Shown: positions 42,638 through 51,868 of the stretch, one piece after another
How the letters are laid out: every line of letters begins with the position of its first letter
How positions within the stretch are numbered: position 1 is the first letter of the stretch
DNA from: Bacillota bacterium
GTDB taxonomy: Bacteria; Bacillota_I; Bacilli_A; Acholeplasmatales; UBA5453
Length of the DNA stretch: 64,000 nucleotides
Assembly (NCBI GenBank): GCA_023436805.1
Contig: JAEZHT010000078.1
Span: forward strand, 9,766 to 73,765
Direction of reading: 5' to 3'
The notes under the pieces: model-generated
Told to the model about the DNA's origin: nothing
Databases searched by the model: none
What the model saw: the letters and a program-made list of their open reading frames with translations, nothing else
Translations under genes and position numbers: made by a program

Positions 42638-42746
42638 AAGACCATCTCCCAATCTTTTGTATTATTATATCACCACATCGATTTTGAACAAGGATAATTG
42701 ATTGATTTATGATGAGAACATAAAAAAAACCATCTAAAGATGGCAT

Positions 42747-43628
42747 TTATTGCTTTTCAATGTGAATTTTTTTGAGTTCGTCTTCTGAAAAGTGATATTT
42801 GGTTTTACAAAAATGACAAACGACTTCAGCACCATGGTCTTCTTCGATGAATGTCTGTAAGGTTTTCGCATCCAATTTTTCTAAGGATTTAGCGAATTTT
42901 TCTTTTGAACAATGACAAACATAGGCGATGTCATGTTCAGATAAGCGCTTCGCTGTACCATTCGATAAGATATCTGTGATGTCTTCGACAGTTAAACCCT
43001 GTTCAAAGAGTTCGGTGACAGCCTGAATATAGGCAAGTACTTTTTCAATCTGTGTGATGGTTTGTTCAGAAGCATTGGGTAACAACTGAACGATGAAACC
43101 ACCTGCTTGTTTGATGGATTGATCTGTATCGACCAACACACCTAAACCCACCGCCGATGGGGTTTGTTCAGACGATGTGAAATAGTAGGTAAAATCATCC
43201 CCAATTTCCCCGGTTTCTAGCTCAATGCTGGATGTGAAATTGTGACGCATATTCAAATCTTTGGTAACGTGTAAATAACCATTACCCACCGCTTTACCTA
43301 CCGCGAGTTTTCCCGCTTTAGGGCCGCTGTTATAAGTCAAATAGACTTCAGGATTTTTAATATCTCCGCGGACTTCACCATTCGCGTTGGTTTCCACCAA
43401 CATGTATTCGATCGGGCCATCCCCTTCAATTTTGAGTGTGATGGATTCACCGTCTTTTAACATGAGTCCCATCATCGCAGATACGGTTAAAAAACGACCC
43501 AAAGCGGCAGACGCAGTTGGCCAAGTGCCGTGTGTGGTTCGTGCCTTTTCAACCAAAGCTTTAGAATAAGATACATATATGCGTGCTTCGCCTTGATAGG
43601 CAGTAGAAATTAAACAATAATCTTTCAT
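42747..43628 (-). CDS. hslO: Hsp33 redox-regulated chaperone
   Basis: ALGR, GDGP, SEQTPS, AGGFIVQLLP, CHCS and CHFC Zn motifs. Confidence 0.95.
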   Translation of the reverse strand: MKDYCLISTAYQGEARIYVSYSKALVEKARTTHGTWPTASAALGRFLTVSAMMGLMLKDGESITLKIEGDGPIEYMLVETNANGEVRGDIKNPEVYLTYNSGPKAGKLAVGKAVGNGYLHVTKDLNMRHNFTSSIELETGEIGDDFTYYFTSSEQTPSAVGLGVLVDTDQSIKQAGGFIVQLLPNASEQTITQIEKVLAYIQAVTELFEQGLTVEDITDILSNGTAKRLSEHDIAYVCHCSKEKFAKSLEKLDAKTLQTFIEEDHGAEVVCHFCKTKYHFSEDELKKIHIEKQ

Positions 43629-43723
43629 AAAAGAACACCTCGAAAATCATTTTACCACAAGTGCCAACTTTGTTGAATAATTACACTGTTATGATACAAT
43701 ACTATGGAAAGGTTGTTATAGAC

Positions 43724-44728
43724 ATGGGATTTAAAATTGACAAAATAAACGTCGATTCGAAGGTCGTCCTCGCGCCAATGGCAGGGGTATCGAACGCTTC
43801 GTTTCGTTTAATATCGAGAAACTTAGGGGCTGGTGTCGTATTCGCAGAGATGGTATCCGACAAAGGCTTGACACATGATAATGAGAAAACCAAAGATTTA
43901 CTTGCTTCCGTACCTGGAGAACACCCATATGCCCAACAAATATTTGGTGCAGATGTGGAAACCATGGTAGAAGCGGCGAAATATGTCGATCGGCATACGG
44001 ATTGTGACATCATCGACATCAACATGGGTTGTCCAGTACCCAAAGTAGCACAACGTGCACAAGCTGGCGCAGCGTTACTCAAAGACCCAGATAAAGTATA
44101 TGACATCATCAAAGCCATCAAAGCCAATGTATCCAAACCAGTCACAGTCAAGATTCGAGCTGGTTGGGACCATACATGTGTCAACGCCGTTGAAATTGCG
44201 AGAAAAGCAGAAGCGGCAGGAGCCAGCGCGATTACAATCCATGGCAGAACCCGAAGCCAAATGTATACAGGCTTGGCAGATTTGGATGTAATCAAAGCGG
44301 TTAAGGCTGCAGTGAAGATTCCAGTCATTGGCAATGGCGACATCAAAGATGGTCCATCAGCCAAACGCATGTTAGACTATACTGGCGTAGACGCCGTGAT
44401 GGTGGGTAGAGCCGCTTTAGGGAACCCTTGGATTTTTTATGAGATCAATCACTACTTACAAACTGGTGAAGAAGCCCCAAAACCTTCTTTATTAGAGATC
44501 AAACAAATGATTCTTGAACATGGTAAATCATTGATGGATTTGAAAGGCGAACACCTCGCGATGTTACAAATGCGTGGACAAGGCACTTGGTATTTCAAAG
44601 GCTTACACAACGCCAAAGAAACCAAAGACAGGTTGTCCAAAGTCAAGACTTGGTCTGAGTTTGTTGAAATCATCAACACGTATTTTGATCAAGAGATAGA
44701 ACACCAAAAAGAAATGACCCTGATATAA
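43724..44728 (+). CDS. dusB: tRNA dihydrouridine synthase DusB
   Basis: LAPMAG, DINMGCPVPKV, VTVKIR, HGRTR, GNGD; start ATG 43724. Confidence 0.94.
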   Translation: MGFKIDKINVDSKVVLAPMAGVSNASFRLISRNLGAGVVFAEMVSDKGLTHDNEKTKDLLASVPGEHPYAQQIFGADVETMVEAAKYVDRHTDCDIIDINMGCPVPKVAQRAQAGAALLKDPDKVYDIIKAIKANVSKPVTVKIRAGWDHTCVNAVEIARKAEAAGASAITIHGRTRSQMYTGLADLDVIKAVKAAVKIPVIGNGDIKDGPSAKRMLDYTGVDAVMVGRAALGNPWIFYEINHYLQTGEEAPKPSLLEIKQMILEHGKSLMDLKGEHLAMLQMRGQGTWYFKGLHNAKETKDRLSKVKTWSEFVEIINTYFDQEIEHQKEMTLI

Positions 44729-44743
44729 TTTCAGGGTCTTTTT
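44716..44743. terminator. Terminator at the dusB/hflX convergence
   Basis: GACCCTGA/TCAGGGTC with T5. Confidence 0.6.
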
Positions 44744-44744
44744 G

Positions 44745-45998
44745 TCATAATATGATGTCTTTCTTGTAGTAAGGTAGGAACTGTTTCAGTTGTTTTTCAT
44801 ACAGCTCAACCAAGACCTCTGTGCCAGCATCGCTATAGACTTTCGATAAGATGTTGGTATCATTTTCAAGGTGATGTAAAACACCGTGTTCACTGTAAGG
44901 GATATTGAGCGTAACAATCACTTTTTTACCATAAGTTTTTTGATAAATGAGGTCAATCAAACGGTCGATATTTTCATACGTTTTATTCGATATGGCGATG
45001 TCGTGATGGTACCCCACGTGGTCTGCAAACATCATATCTTTATGGGTCAATACATACAGATGTGGTATTTGATCGGCTTCCAATGTTTTCAATACAGCTG
45101 AAGTGGTTTCGATTTGCATCGGCGCTAATGAACTAGACCCATCCATCACATAAAGTATCAAATCGGCATGTTTAACTTCACTCAATGTGGATTCGAACGA
45201 GCGCACCAAATCGTGTGGCAACCTCGAGACAAAACCAACGGTATCGGTTAAGATGAATTCTGGTTTTTTCTCAGGTTTGATACGTCTAGAAAATGTCGAT
45301 AGTGTCGCAAATAACATGTCTTTTTCAACGACGGTTTTATCGCTCACTTTAAGGATATAATCGAGTATGGCATTCATGGTCGCTGACTTACCGACGTTGG
45401 TATAACCAACCAAGGAAACCATGGGAATCTCGTTATTTTGACGGCGTTTACGTGCCGTTTCTTTTTCTTTTTTTATCTTATTCAATTCACGTTCAAGTTG
45501 AACGATATTCGCGTCAATTCGTCTACGATCGAGTTCAAGTTGGGTTTCACCGGCCCCTTTGGCGTTGAATGAACCCCCACCTTGACGTGATAAACTTGAA
45601 GATAAACCAATCAAGCGCGGCAACATATAACGTTGTTGTGCGAGGGATACTTCCAATAAGGCTTCTTTGGTTTGTGCGCGTTTGGAGAAAATTTGTAAAA
45701 TTAAAAAACTTCTGTCCATGATTTGAACATCCAGTTCTTTTTCTAAGTTTCTGATTTGTGCTGGTGACAACTCATCGTTAAAAATCACGATATCGATATC
45801 GAGCACCTCAATGGCTTTCTTTAATTCATCCACTTTACCGGTACCTACATACGTACGTCCATTTGGTAAACTGGCCTTTTGAACGTATTGATCAATCACT
45901 TTAATCTCAAGTGTCTCAACCAAACTTGACAGTTCGTTCATCGACTGTTTCATGTCATAATCGCCTAAATCTAAACCGACCAATAATGCTCTATCCAT
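44745..45998 (-). CDS. hflX: GTPase HflX
   Basis: GAGETQLELDRR, GYTNVGKS, LFATL, DTVGF. Confidence 0.95.
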   Translation of the reverse strand: MDRALLVGLDLGDYDMKQSMNELSSLVETLEIKVIDQYVQKASLPNGRTYVGTGKVDELKKAIEVLDIDIVIFNDELSPAQIRNLEKELDVQIMDRSFLILQIFSKRAQTKEALLEVSLAQQRYMLPRLIGLSSSLSRQGGGSFNAKGAGETQLELDRRRIDANIVQLERELNKIKKEKETARKRRQNNEIPMVSLVGYTNVGKSATMNAILDYILKVSDKTVVEKDMLFATLSTFSRRIKPEKKPEFILTDTVGFVSRLPHDLVRSFESTLSEVKHADLILYVMDGSSSLAPMQIETTSAVLKTLEADQIPHLYVLTHKDMMFADHVGYHHDIAISNKTYENIDRLIDLIYQKTYGKKVIVTLNIPYSEHGVLHHLENDTNILSKVYSDAGTEVLVELYEKQLKQFLPYYKKDIIL

Positions 45999-46010
45999 TG
46001 TATCACCACC

Positions 46011-46039
46011 AAAAAAAAGAATAGCACGCGGCTATTCTT
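46011..46039 (-). terminator. Terminator of nrdJ
   Basis: AAGAATAGC/GCTATTCTT with U8 on the minus strand. Confidence 0.75.
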
Positions 46040-46046
46040 AATTATA

Positions 46047-48569
46047 CTACAATCCACATTTAAGTTGTGCACCACAGTTGGTACAAGTGTGACAACCGCC
46101 CACATCTTGAACGGTACCTTCACGACAAATTGGGCAAAGGTTACCAACTTCAACACCGATTTCACGGTCTTGACGGTCACCACGCAATGGTGTTGCTAGG
46201 GCGTCGTTGTGAGTTTGGCTTTGAGCCCCAGGCATTTGAACACCAAGGTCTGAAAGTTCCACTTGAACAGGGGTATCGGATTCTTTCTTCAAGCTCAATA
46301 CTTGGGCATCGCGTGAACCATCGACATAGACGGTACCACCTTTAGCGCCACCTTTGTATAAACGCATGTAAACACGTTCAACTTCTTCAACGGTGTAGCC
46401 TTTAGGGGCGTTGACTGTTTTAGAAATCGAGGAGTCCACCCAGTATTGGATGATGCATTGTACATCGGCGTGTTCTTCAGGCGTAAGTTCCATGGCAGGC
46501 ACGAAGATGTTCGGTAAAGTTTCTTTGGTATATTCAGGGTGTAATTGTAAGAATGTTTCAACGATATTCGCATTGACTTCAATGTACTTACCTAAGCGAC
46601 CGCTACGGAAGTACGTGAATGCGAAGTATGGTTCAAGACCGGTAGAGACCCCAACCATGGTACCTGTCGAACCTGTAGGCGCGATGGTAAGTAAGTGGGA
46701 GTTACGAATCCCGTGTTCGAGGATGCCTTTTTGAACGTGTGCCGGTAGTTTTTGAATGAATCTACCTTTGACGAAGGCTTCTCTAGAACCATATTGATCC
46801 AAGAATGGGAATGAACCCTTTTCTTTTGCTAGTTCAATCGAAGTTTCATACGCTTTGGTTGCGATAAACTTGAATAGTTTGTCTACCAAGATGTTACCAT
46901 CGTGTGAACCATAACGTTTGTTCGCATAGATGAGTAAGTCATGTAAACCCATGACACCCATACCAATACGACGTTCACCCAAGGCTTGTTGTTTGTTTTG
47001 TTCTAAGAAATAATAGGTTTGATCGATGACATTGTCTTGCATACGAATTGCATTCTTGACGGTTCTACCCAATTGATCCCACAAAACTTCGTGGGTTTTC
47101 GGGTCAACCATGGTTGCGAGGTTAATTGCAGCGAGGTTACAAACCGAATACGGCGCGAGTGGTTGTTCTCCACATGGGTTGGTACAAACGACTTTTTGAC
47201 CATAAGAGGTTGCATTGGTATTGTCATTCGCATTATCAATGAAGAAAATGCCCGGTTCTGCGGAGTATGTCGCACAGACGTTGATTAAATTCCAAAGTTC
47301 ACGCGCTCTGATTTGATGGTAAACACGGCTAGGGTATCCTAAACGTTCGAATTCACGGACGTCACCAATGTTTTTCCATTCTTTATCATAAAATGCTTTT
47401 TGTTCTTTGGTATAGTTATCTAAGTCAGGGAATTTTAAATCATAGATGGCGTCTTTTTCAACGGCTTCCATGAAATCTTTGGTGATGGCAACCGAAATGT
47501 TCGCACCGGTCAAGAAATCTGGGTTTTGAACATCGTATTCGCCACCATCGTTAACCAAACGCTTCGCTTCATCTACAACAGATGCCGAGAAGAAGTGTGG
47601 GTTGATGTCGGATAATTGGATGATTTGTTGATACATATTGTACTTATCCGTCGATAACGGTTTGAATTTGAGTTTATCTTTCGCCATTCGAATGATGGTA
47701 TCGTCTTGACTGTTATCGATTAAGAATCTTAAGATGCGTGGGTTTTGCATCTTCGAAATGATGAATTCAATGATGTCTGGATGCCAGTCCGCAAGCATGA
47801 TCATTTGTGCACCACGTCTTGAACCACCTTGTTCTACCAAGTGTGTAAGTTGTGCCAAGTCATGTAGCCAGGATACAGAACCAGAGGATTTACCGTTGAC
47901 ACCTTTGGCTAAGGCATTCTTTGGTCTTAAGGTTGAACCGTTGGTACCAACGCCACCACCTCTAGCCATGATTTCCATGACTTCTTTACGGTGTAAGGCT
48001 AAGCCTTCACGAGAGTCCTCAATGAATGGCATGACATAGCAGTTAAAGTACGTTACTTTCGATTTTGAGCCAGCGCCATATAAAATACGACCTGCTGGAA
48101 TTAAGTGCAAGTTGCTCAATTCATGAACGAATTCGTCGATGATGGCTTGAGGTTCACCTTCGCCTAAATTAGAACCGACGCGTTTCGCTATTTGTTCATA
48201 GTAAAGTTCCAATGGTTTTTCGACTTCACGTTTTTCACGTCTGACGACACCATCGATGTGATCATCGCCAATTTGACCGATGAATTCTTCTTCGACTTTA
48301 ATGTGGACGTGGTGTTCTTCAACCTTGGTGACATAACCAATCCCTCGTGCGGGGAATTTAGGGTCATGTTTGATGATGGCAACAACCAAGTCGCCCACGC
48401 CTAAAGTGACTAAAGCCAAGTCCTTTTGGGTATAGCGGTCAAGCATAACCAAGCGTGACACACCCGTGAATGCCATATGCATTTCTGGTGTGATTGGAAA
48501 TAAGTGGGGGTAAAACTGTTTGATATCTTGATTTATTTTATCCGTTAAGGATTTCGAATATAAGTTCAT
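46047..48569 (-). CDS. nrdJ: Adenosylcobalamin-dependent (class II) ribonucleotide reductase
   Basis: PAGRIL, NCYV, QGGSRRGA, TNPCGEQPL, IAPTG, DSSISKTVN, C-terminal CxxC...CxxCxxC; start ATG 48569. Confidence 0.93.
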   Translation of the reverse strand: MNLYSKSLTDKINQDIKQFYPHLFPITPEMHMAFTGVSRLVMLDRYTQKDLALVTLGVGDLVVAIIKHDPKFPARGIGYVTKVEEHHVHIKVEEEFIGQIGDDHIDGVVRREKREVEKPLELYYEQIAKRVGSNLGEGEPQAIIDEFVHELSNLHLIPAGRILYGAGSKSKVTYFNCYVMPFIEDSREGLALHRKEVMEIMARGGGVGTNGSTLRPKNALAKGVNGKSSGSVSWLHDLAQLTHLVEQGGSRRGAQMIMLADWHPDIIEFIISKMQNPRILRFLIDNSQDDTIIRMAKDKLKFKPLSTDKYNMYQQIIQLSDINPHFFSASVVDEAKRLVNDGGEYDVQNPDFLTGANISVAITKDFMEAVEKDAIYDLKFPDLDNYTKEQKAFYDKEWKNIGDVREFERLGYPSRVYHQIRARELWNLINVCATYSAEPGIFFIDNANDNTNATSYGQKVVCTNPCGEQPLAPYSVCNLAAINLATMVDPKTHEVLWDQLGRTVKNAIRMQDNVIDQTYYFLEQNKQQALGERRIGMGVMGLHDLLIYANKRYGSHDGNILVDKLFKFIATKAYETSIELAKEKGSFPFLDQYGSREAFVKGRFIQKLPAHVQKGILEHGIRNSHLLTIAPTGSTGTMVGVSTGLEPYFAFTYFRSGRLGKYIEVNANIVETFLQLHPEYTKETLPNIFVPAMELTPEEHADVQCIIQYWVDSSISKTVNAPKGYTVEEVERVYMRLYKGGAKGGTVYVDGSRDAQVLSLKKESDTPVQVELSDLGVQMPGAQSQTHNDALATPLRGDRQDREIGVEVGNLCPICREGTVQDVGGCHTCTNCGAQLKCGL

Positions 48570-48594
48570 AGAAACACCCTTCCTTGTATGTTTG

Positions 48595-48623
48595 ATTATA
48601 AAGGTATTCGGTATCAATAGCAA
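48595..48623 (-). promoter_or_regulatory. Sigma-A promoter of nrdJ
   Basis: TTGCTA-N17-TATAAT. Confidence 0.7.
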
Positions 48624-48835
48624 GAGAAAAAAGCATTATTTTTTTACCGCTTTTTTGCCTGATTACATAGATATGTCTTTATTTAGCGGTTTTACTTTGG
48701 TGTCCATATTATTTGAAAATTTTTACAAAATAGAAGACTTCTAAAATGTGCTTTATTAAGCTAGATGAATACAGTGAGATTCGGTGATTCATCCCTGTAA
48801 TCTTATGATATAATTAATGAGAAGGAAGTGGAATT

Positions 48836-49573
48836 ATGACAGATTGGTTATTTATCCTATTAGATGGCTATATTGTATGGATGATTGTCTTTTTTTTACT
48901 CAGCTTTTTCTTAAGTAGTAAGCGTGTTTTTAGGATGTTATTGTTCATCATTTTCCTATACGTGATTACCTGGGGTGCTGAGCAACTAGAACTGGCCATA
49001 TCAGCAACCATTTTGGGTTATATAAAAGAGTGGATTCCGCTTATCTTTGTGGTTATCCTGTCACCAGATATCCGTAAAAGTTTTGAGTCTGCGTTCGTTA
49101 TTGATTCCAAACGTGATGTCGCAACCATGGGTTCTGCAGAAACCAAACAACACATCGTTGAGGCCGTTACCTACCTATCAAGCCAAAATATTGGTGCACT
49201 AATTACCGTTGAAAAACACAGTTCATTAGACCAATACGCCGAACGTGCCATTCAAATGAACTCACAAGTATCGAAAGAACTTTTAATCAATATCTTCACC
49301 CCACTCACCCCACTACACGATGGCGCTGTCATCATCCGTGGGGACACCATCCGTTGTGCAGGGGCTTATTATGTACTCTCTGAAACCACCAAGTATGATA
49401 AAACAATGGGTTCAAGACACCGTGCCGCATTGGGTATTTCGGAAGTATCCGATTCATTGACCATTGTCGTATCCGAAGAAACTGGCACCATTTCAATCGT
49501 AATCGAGGGCATCATGTTAAAAGCCAACGATAAAGAGAAGATATACGAATATCTCAACATGTTCATGAAGTAG
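48836..49573 (+). CDS. cdaA: Membrane diadenylate cyclase CdaA
   Basis: Three N-terminal TM helices; GALI, PLHDGAVII, GSRHRAALGISE, VVSEETG. Confidence 0.93.
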   Translation: MTDWLFILLDGYIVWMIVFFLLSFFLSSKRVFRMLLFIIFLYVITWGAEQLELAISATILGYIKEWIPLIFVVILSPDIRKSFESAFVIDSKRDVATMGSAETKQHIVEAVTYLSSQNIGALITVEKHSSLDQYAERAIQMNSQVSKELLINIFTPLTPLHDGAVIIRGDTIRCAGAYYVLSETTKYDKTMGSRHRAALGISEVSDSLTIVVSEETGTISIVIEGIMLKANDKEKIYEYLNMFMK

Positions 49574-49582
49574 GAGGGTCAC

Positions 49583-49756
49583 ATGAGAAAAATCATTGTT
49601 CAAATTGGTTCATTCATCCTAGACCCAATTCGTAAATTCGGTCAACTTAAATTTTCAGATCGCATCGTCAGTTTTTCCAATAAAAACCCATGGATGAAAA
49701 TGCTCATAGCTTTCGTCGTGGTAGGTGTGTTGGTTGTTATGGTGTATGTGCTCTAA
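49583..49756 (+). CDS. 57-aa membrane peptide absent from the ORF track (possible minimal CdaR)
   Basis: RBS AGGAGG; MRKIIVQIGSFILDPIRKFGQLKFSDRIVSFSNKNPWMKMLIAFVVVGVLVVMVYVL; fills the gap between cdaA and the next gene. Confidence 0.75.
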   Translation: MRKIIVQIGSFILDPIRKFGQLKFSDRIVSFSNKNPWMKMLIAFVVVGVLVVMVYVL

Positions 49757-49780
49757 ACTATTCTAAACGGAGGTAATACA

Positions 49781-51355
49781 GTGTCTTATAATCCGTTATT
49801 CCCATTTATACTTGCGCTCAGTACGTGGGTATTCATCATCCTCATCGGCATCATCGATGAGAAACCATACCGTTTTTCACAAGTGATTTCGGTGTTTTTA
49901 ATGTTGTTATATGTCCCAATCGCTTTATTTTATGAAACGTACGTGGCAGATACCATCTTAGAAACCATCTATTTCTATCTCACTGGACTGTCGGTTTTAC
50001 TTTTCTTAATCACATCATTTGTTGTGTTCAAGAAAGCCTTATTCACAAAAAACCACTACCACTTATTCATTAAGTCTATCAAGTCTACCAAATGGAATGC
50101 GTATTATGTCATTGATCATAAAGGCAGAATCAAAGAAATGTCAGATAGTCTTTGTGAGGAATTGGGGTTTACACTAGAACAAATTAAAGACAAATCTTTC
50201 TTTGATATCGTCAATAGAAGCATTCGAATCACATCGTTTGACGGGGTAGAAACAAACAATAGAGCGATGGAAACTTATTATGAAGACTATCCGAAAATCG
50301 CTAAGCCTAAGATGAGTGAAGAACACGAAATGTTGTTTCAAAATCATCAAGGAAAATCTGTATTATTACACACGGTAGAACAACCCATCTTCATTTTGGG
50401 TAAATACAGAGGTCGTATCAACATTGGTGAACGCCGCAGTGATTTCGACTTATTATCCATTGAAAAAGAACTTAAAACCTCAGAACAAAACCTAGAATCG
50501 ATGCGTCTAAAGTTTATCGCAACCCTAGAATTGTCAGAAGAAGGTTTATTCTATATGGACCTCGATGAACGCTATATTTGGGGCAATGATCAGTTCGTTA
50601 AAATGACGGGCATCACGCAAAATACCATCGACTTAGATGATTTCAGAAAGCTCATCAAAGAAGAAGACTTACAAACCTATCTTGGCGTATTGAGCGGATT
50701 AACCAGCCGTAAGCAAACCTATAAAACCACCTATCGTTTATTGAAACAGGGGTATTATATTTGGGTCAAAGAATCCGGTAAACGCATTTTCGAAGACAAG
50801 ACATCGAACATCATCATGGGGTCCTTCAACACCGTACAAACCAGCAGTTATCAAAAAATCAATGTCGCTGAAATCGACGGATTGTTGGGTCAACCAGAAT
50901 TGTTGTTACACTTAGATCAATTGGTACAAACCAAGAAACATTTTCAGCTCGCTTTGATTGAATTATCAAGCATTCCTAAAATCAACGATGCGTATGGTCG
51001 TGAGATTGGTAATATGTTGCTTGGGGAATATATTAAGAAATTGAAAGGTTCATTTATGAGTGAATCTTCTAGTCTCTTTAGATTGTCAGGTTTGGTATTC
51101 GCCATCACCATCGTCGACCCGAGAAAGATGGATTTACTCAAACAAGGCATCCAAGCAAATCAAACCTTCATGAACTTACAAATGAATTATGGGTCCATTC
51201 AAACAGAATTAGAAGTGATGATTGGCATATCTAGAAGCCATTCAGACGGGGCAACAGGGACTGAAATTTATCAACACGCGAAAGACGCTTTGATGGTGGC
51301 ACGAAACCCTCAATATCAAAGCAACGCATGTTATTATCACGAGATCCATGGATAA
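49781..51355 (+). CDS. Membrane PAS-PAS protein with a degenerate GGDEF domain
   Basis: RBS GGAGGT with GTG start; three TM helices; two PAS-like segments; KINDAYGREIGNMLL followed by FRLSGLVF in place of RxGGDEF. Confidence 0.8.
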   Translation: MSYNPLFPFILALSTWVFIILIGIIDEKPYRFSQVISVFLMLLYVPIALFYETYVADTILETIYFYLTGLSVLLFLITSFVVFKKALFTKNHYHLFIKSIKSTKWNAYYVIDHKGRIKEMSDSLCEELGFTLEQIKDKSFFDIVNRSIRITSFDGVETNNRAMETYYEDYPKIAKPKMSEEHEMLFQNHQGKSVLLHTVEQPIFILGKYRGRINIGERRSDFDLLSIEKELKTSEQNLESMRLKFIATLELSEEGLFYMDLDERYIWGNDQFVKMTGITQNTIDLDDFRKLIKEEDLQTYLGVLSGLTSRKQTYKTTYRLLKQGYYIWVKESGKRIFEDKTSNIIMGSFNTVQTSSYQKINVAEIDGLLGQPELLLHLDQLVQTKKHFQLALIELSSIPKINDAYGREIGNMLLGEYIKKLKGSFMSESSSLFRLSGLVFAITIVDPRKMDLLKQGIQANQTFMNLQMNYGSIQTELEVMIGISRSHSDGATGTEIYQHAKDALMVARNPQYQSNACYYHEIHG

Positions 51356-51860
51356 AAAAACACTCCGTGAAGACGTATTAAATAAACGCAGAAATATCCC
51401 TGTAGAAGACCAAGTCATCACCGCTGAAATCTTGATTGAGAAGCTGAAAAAAACAGACATTTTTCAAACCTCAAAACACATCGGTTTATACTATCCAATC
51501 CATCAAGAAATCAACCTCTTATCGCTGATTGAATTGTATCCGGATAAATCTTTTTATCTGCCTAATATTGAAAATGGAAAGATAAAATATCGCTTAGTGA
51601 AGCGATTAGACAGTTTGGTTAACGCACTATTTAATTTAAAGGAAGCACCTCGCGATAACCCATCGATAGAAGATTGTGATCTTTATTTGGTACCCTGTGT
51701 GGCAACGTGTGGGTTGTTACGAATCGGGTATGGAAAAGGTTATTTTGACAACTATTTTGTGGGTAAAAAAGGCTATAAATTAGGCATCACTTACCCAGCA
51801 TTTAAATATGATTTTAACCTGATAGAATCCCATGACATACTCATGGATGAAGTATTATAG
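51348..51860 (+). CDS. 5-formyltetrahydrofolate cyclo-ligase
   Basis: K.TLR, EINL, DLYLVPC, RIGYGKGYFD. Confidence 0.9.
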   Translation: MDKKTLREDVLNKRRNIPVEDQVITAEILIEKLKKTDIFQTSKHIGLYYPIHQEINLLSLIELYPDKSFYLPNIENGKIKYRLVKRLDSLVNALFNLKEAPRDNPSIEDCDLYLVPCVATCGLLRIGYGKGYFDNYFVGKKGYKLGITYPAFKYDFNLIESHDILMDEVL

Positions 51861-51868
51861 GAGGACAC

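Noticed and set aside
47500..47760. Insertion in NrdJ as a possible intein or intron
   Set aside because: Short, in frame, and lacking intein terminal residues (C/S...HN-C/S/T) or homing-endonuclease motifs.
48570..48835. Cobalamin riboswitch or NrdR boxes upstream of nrdJ
   Set aside because: The promoter leaves a leader of about 20 nt, no B12 box is visible, and ACATA-GA-TATGT at 48665-48676 is a poor single match to the NrdR consensus.
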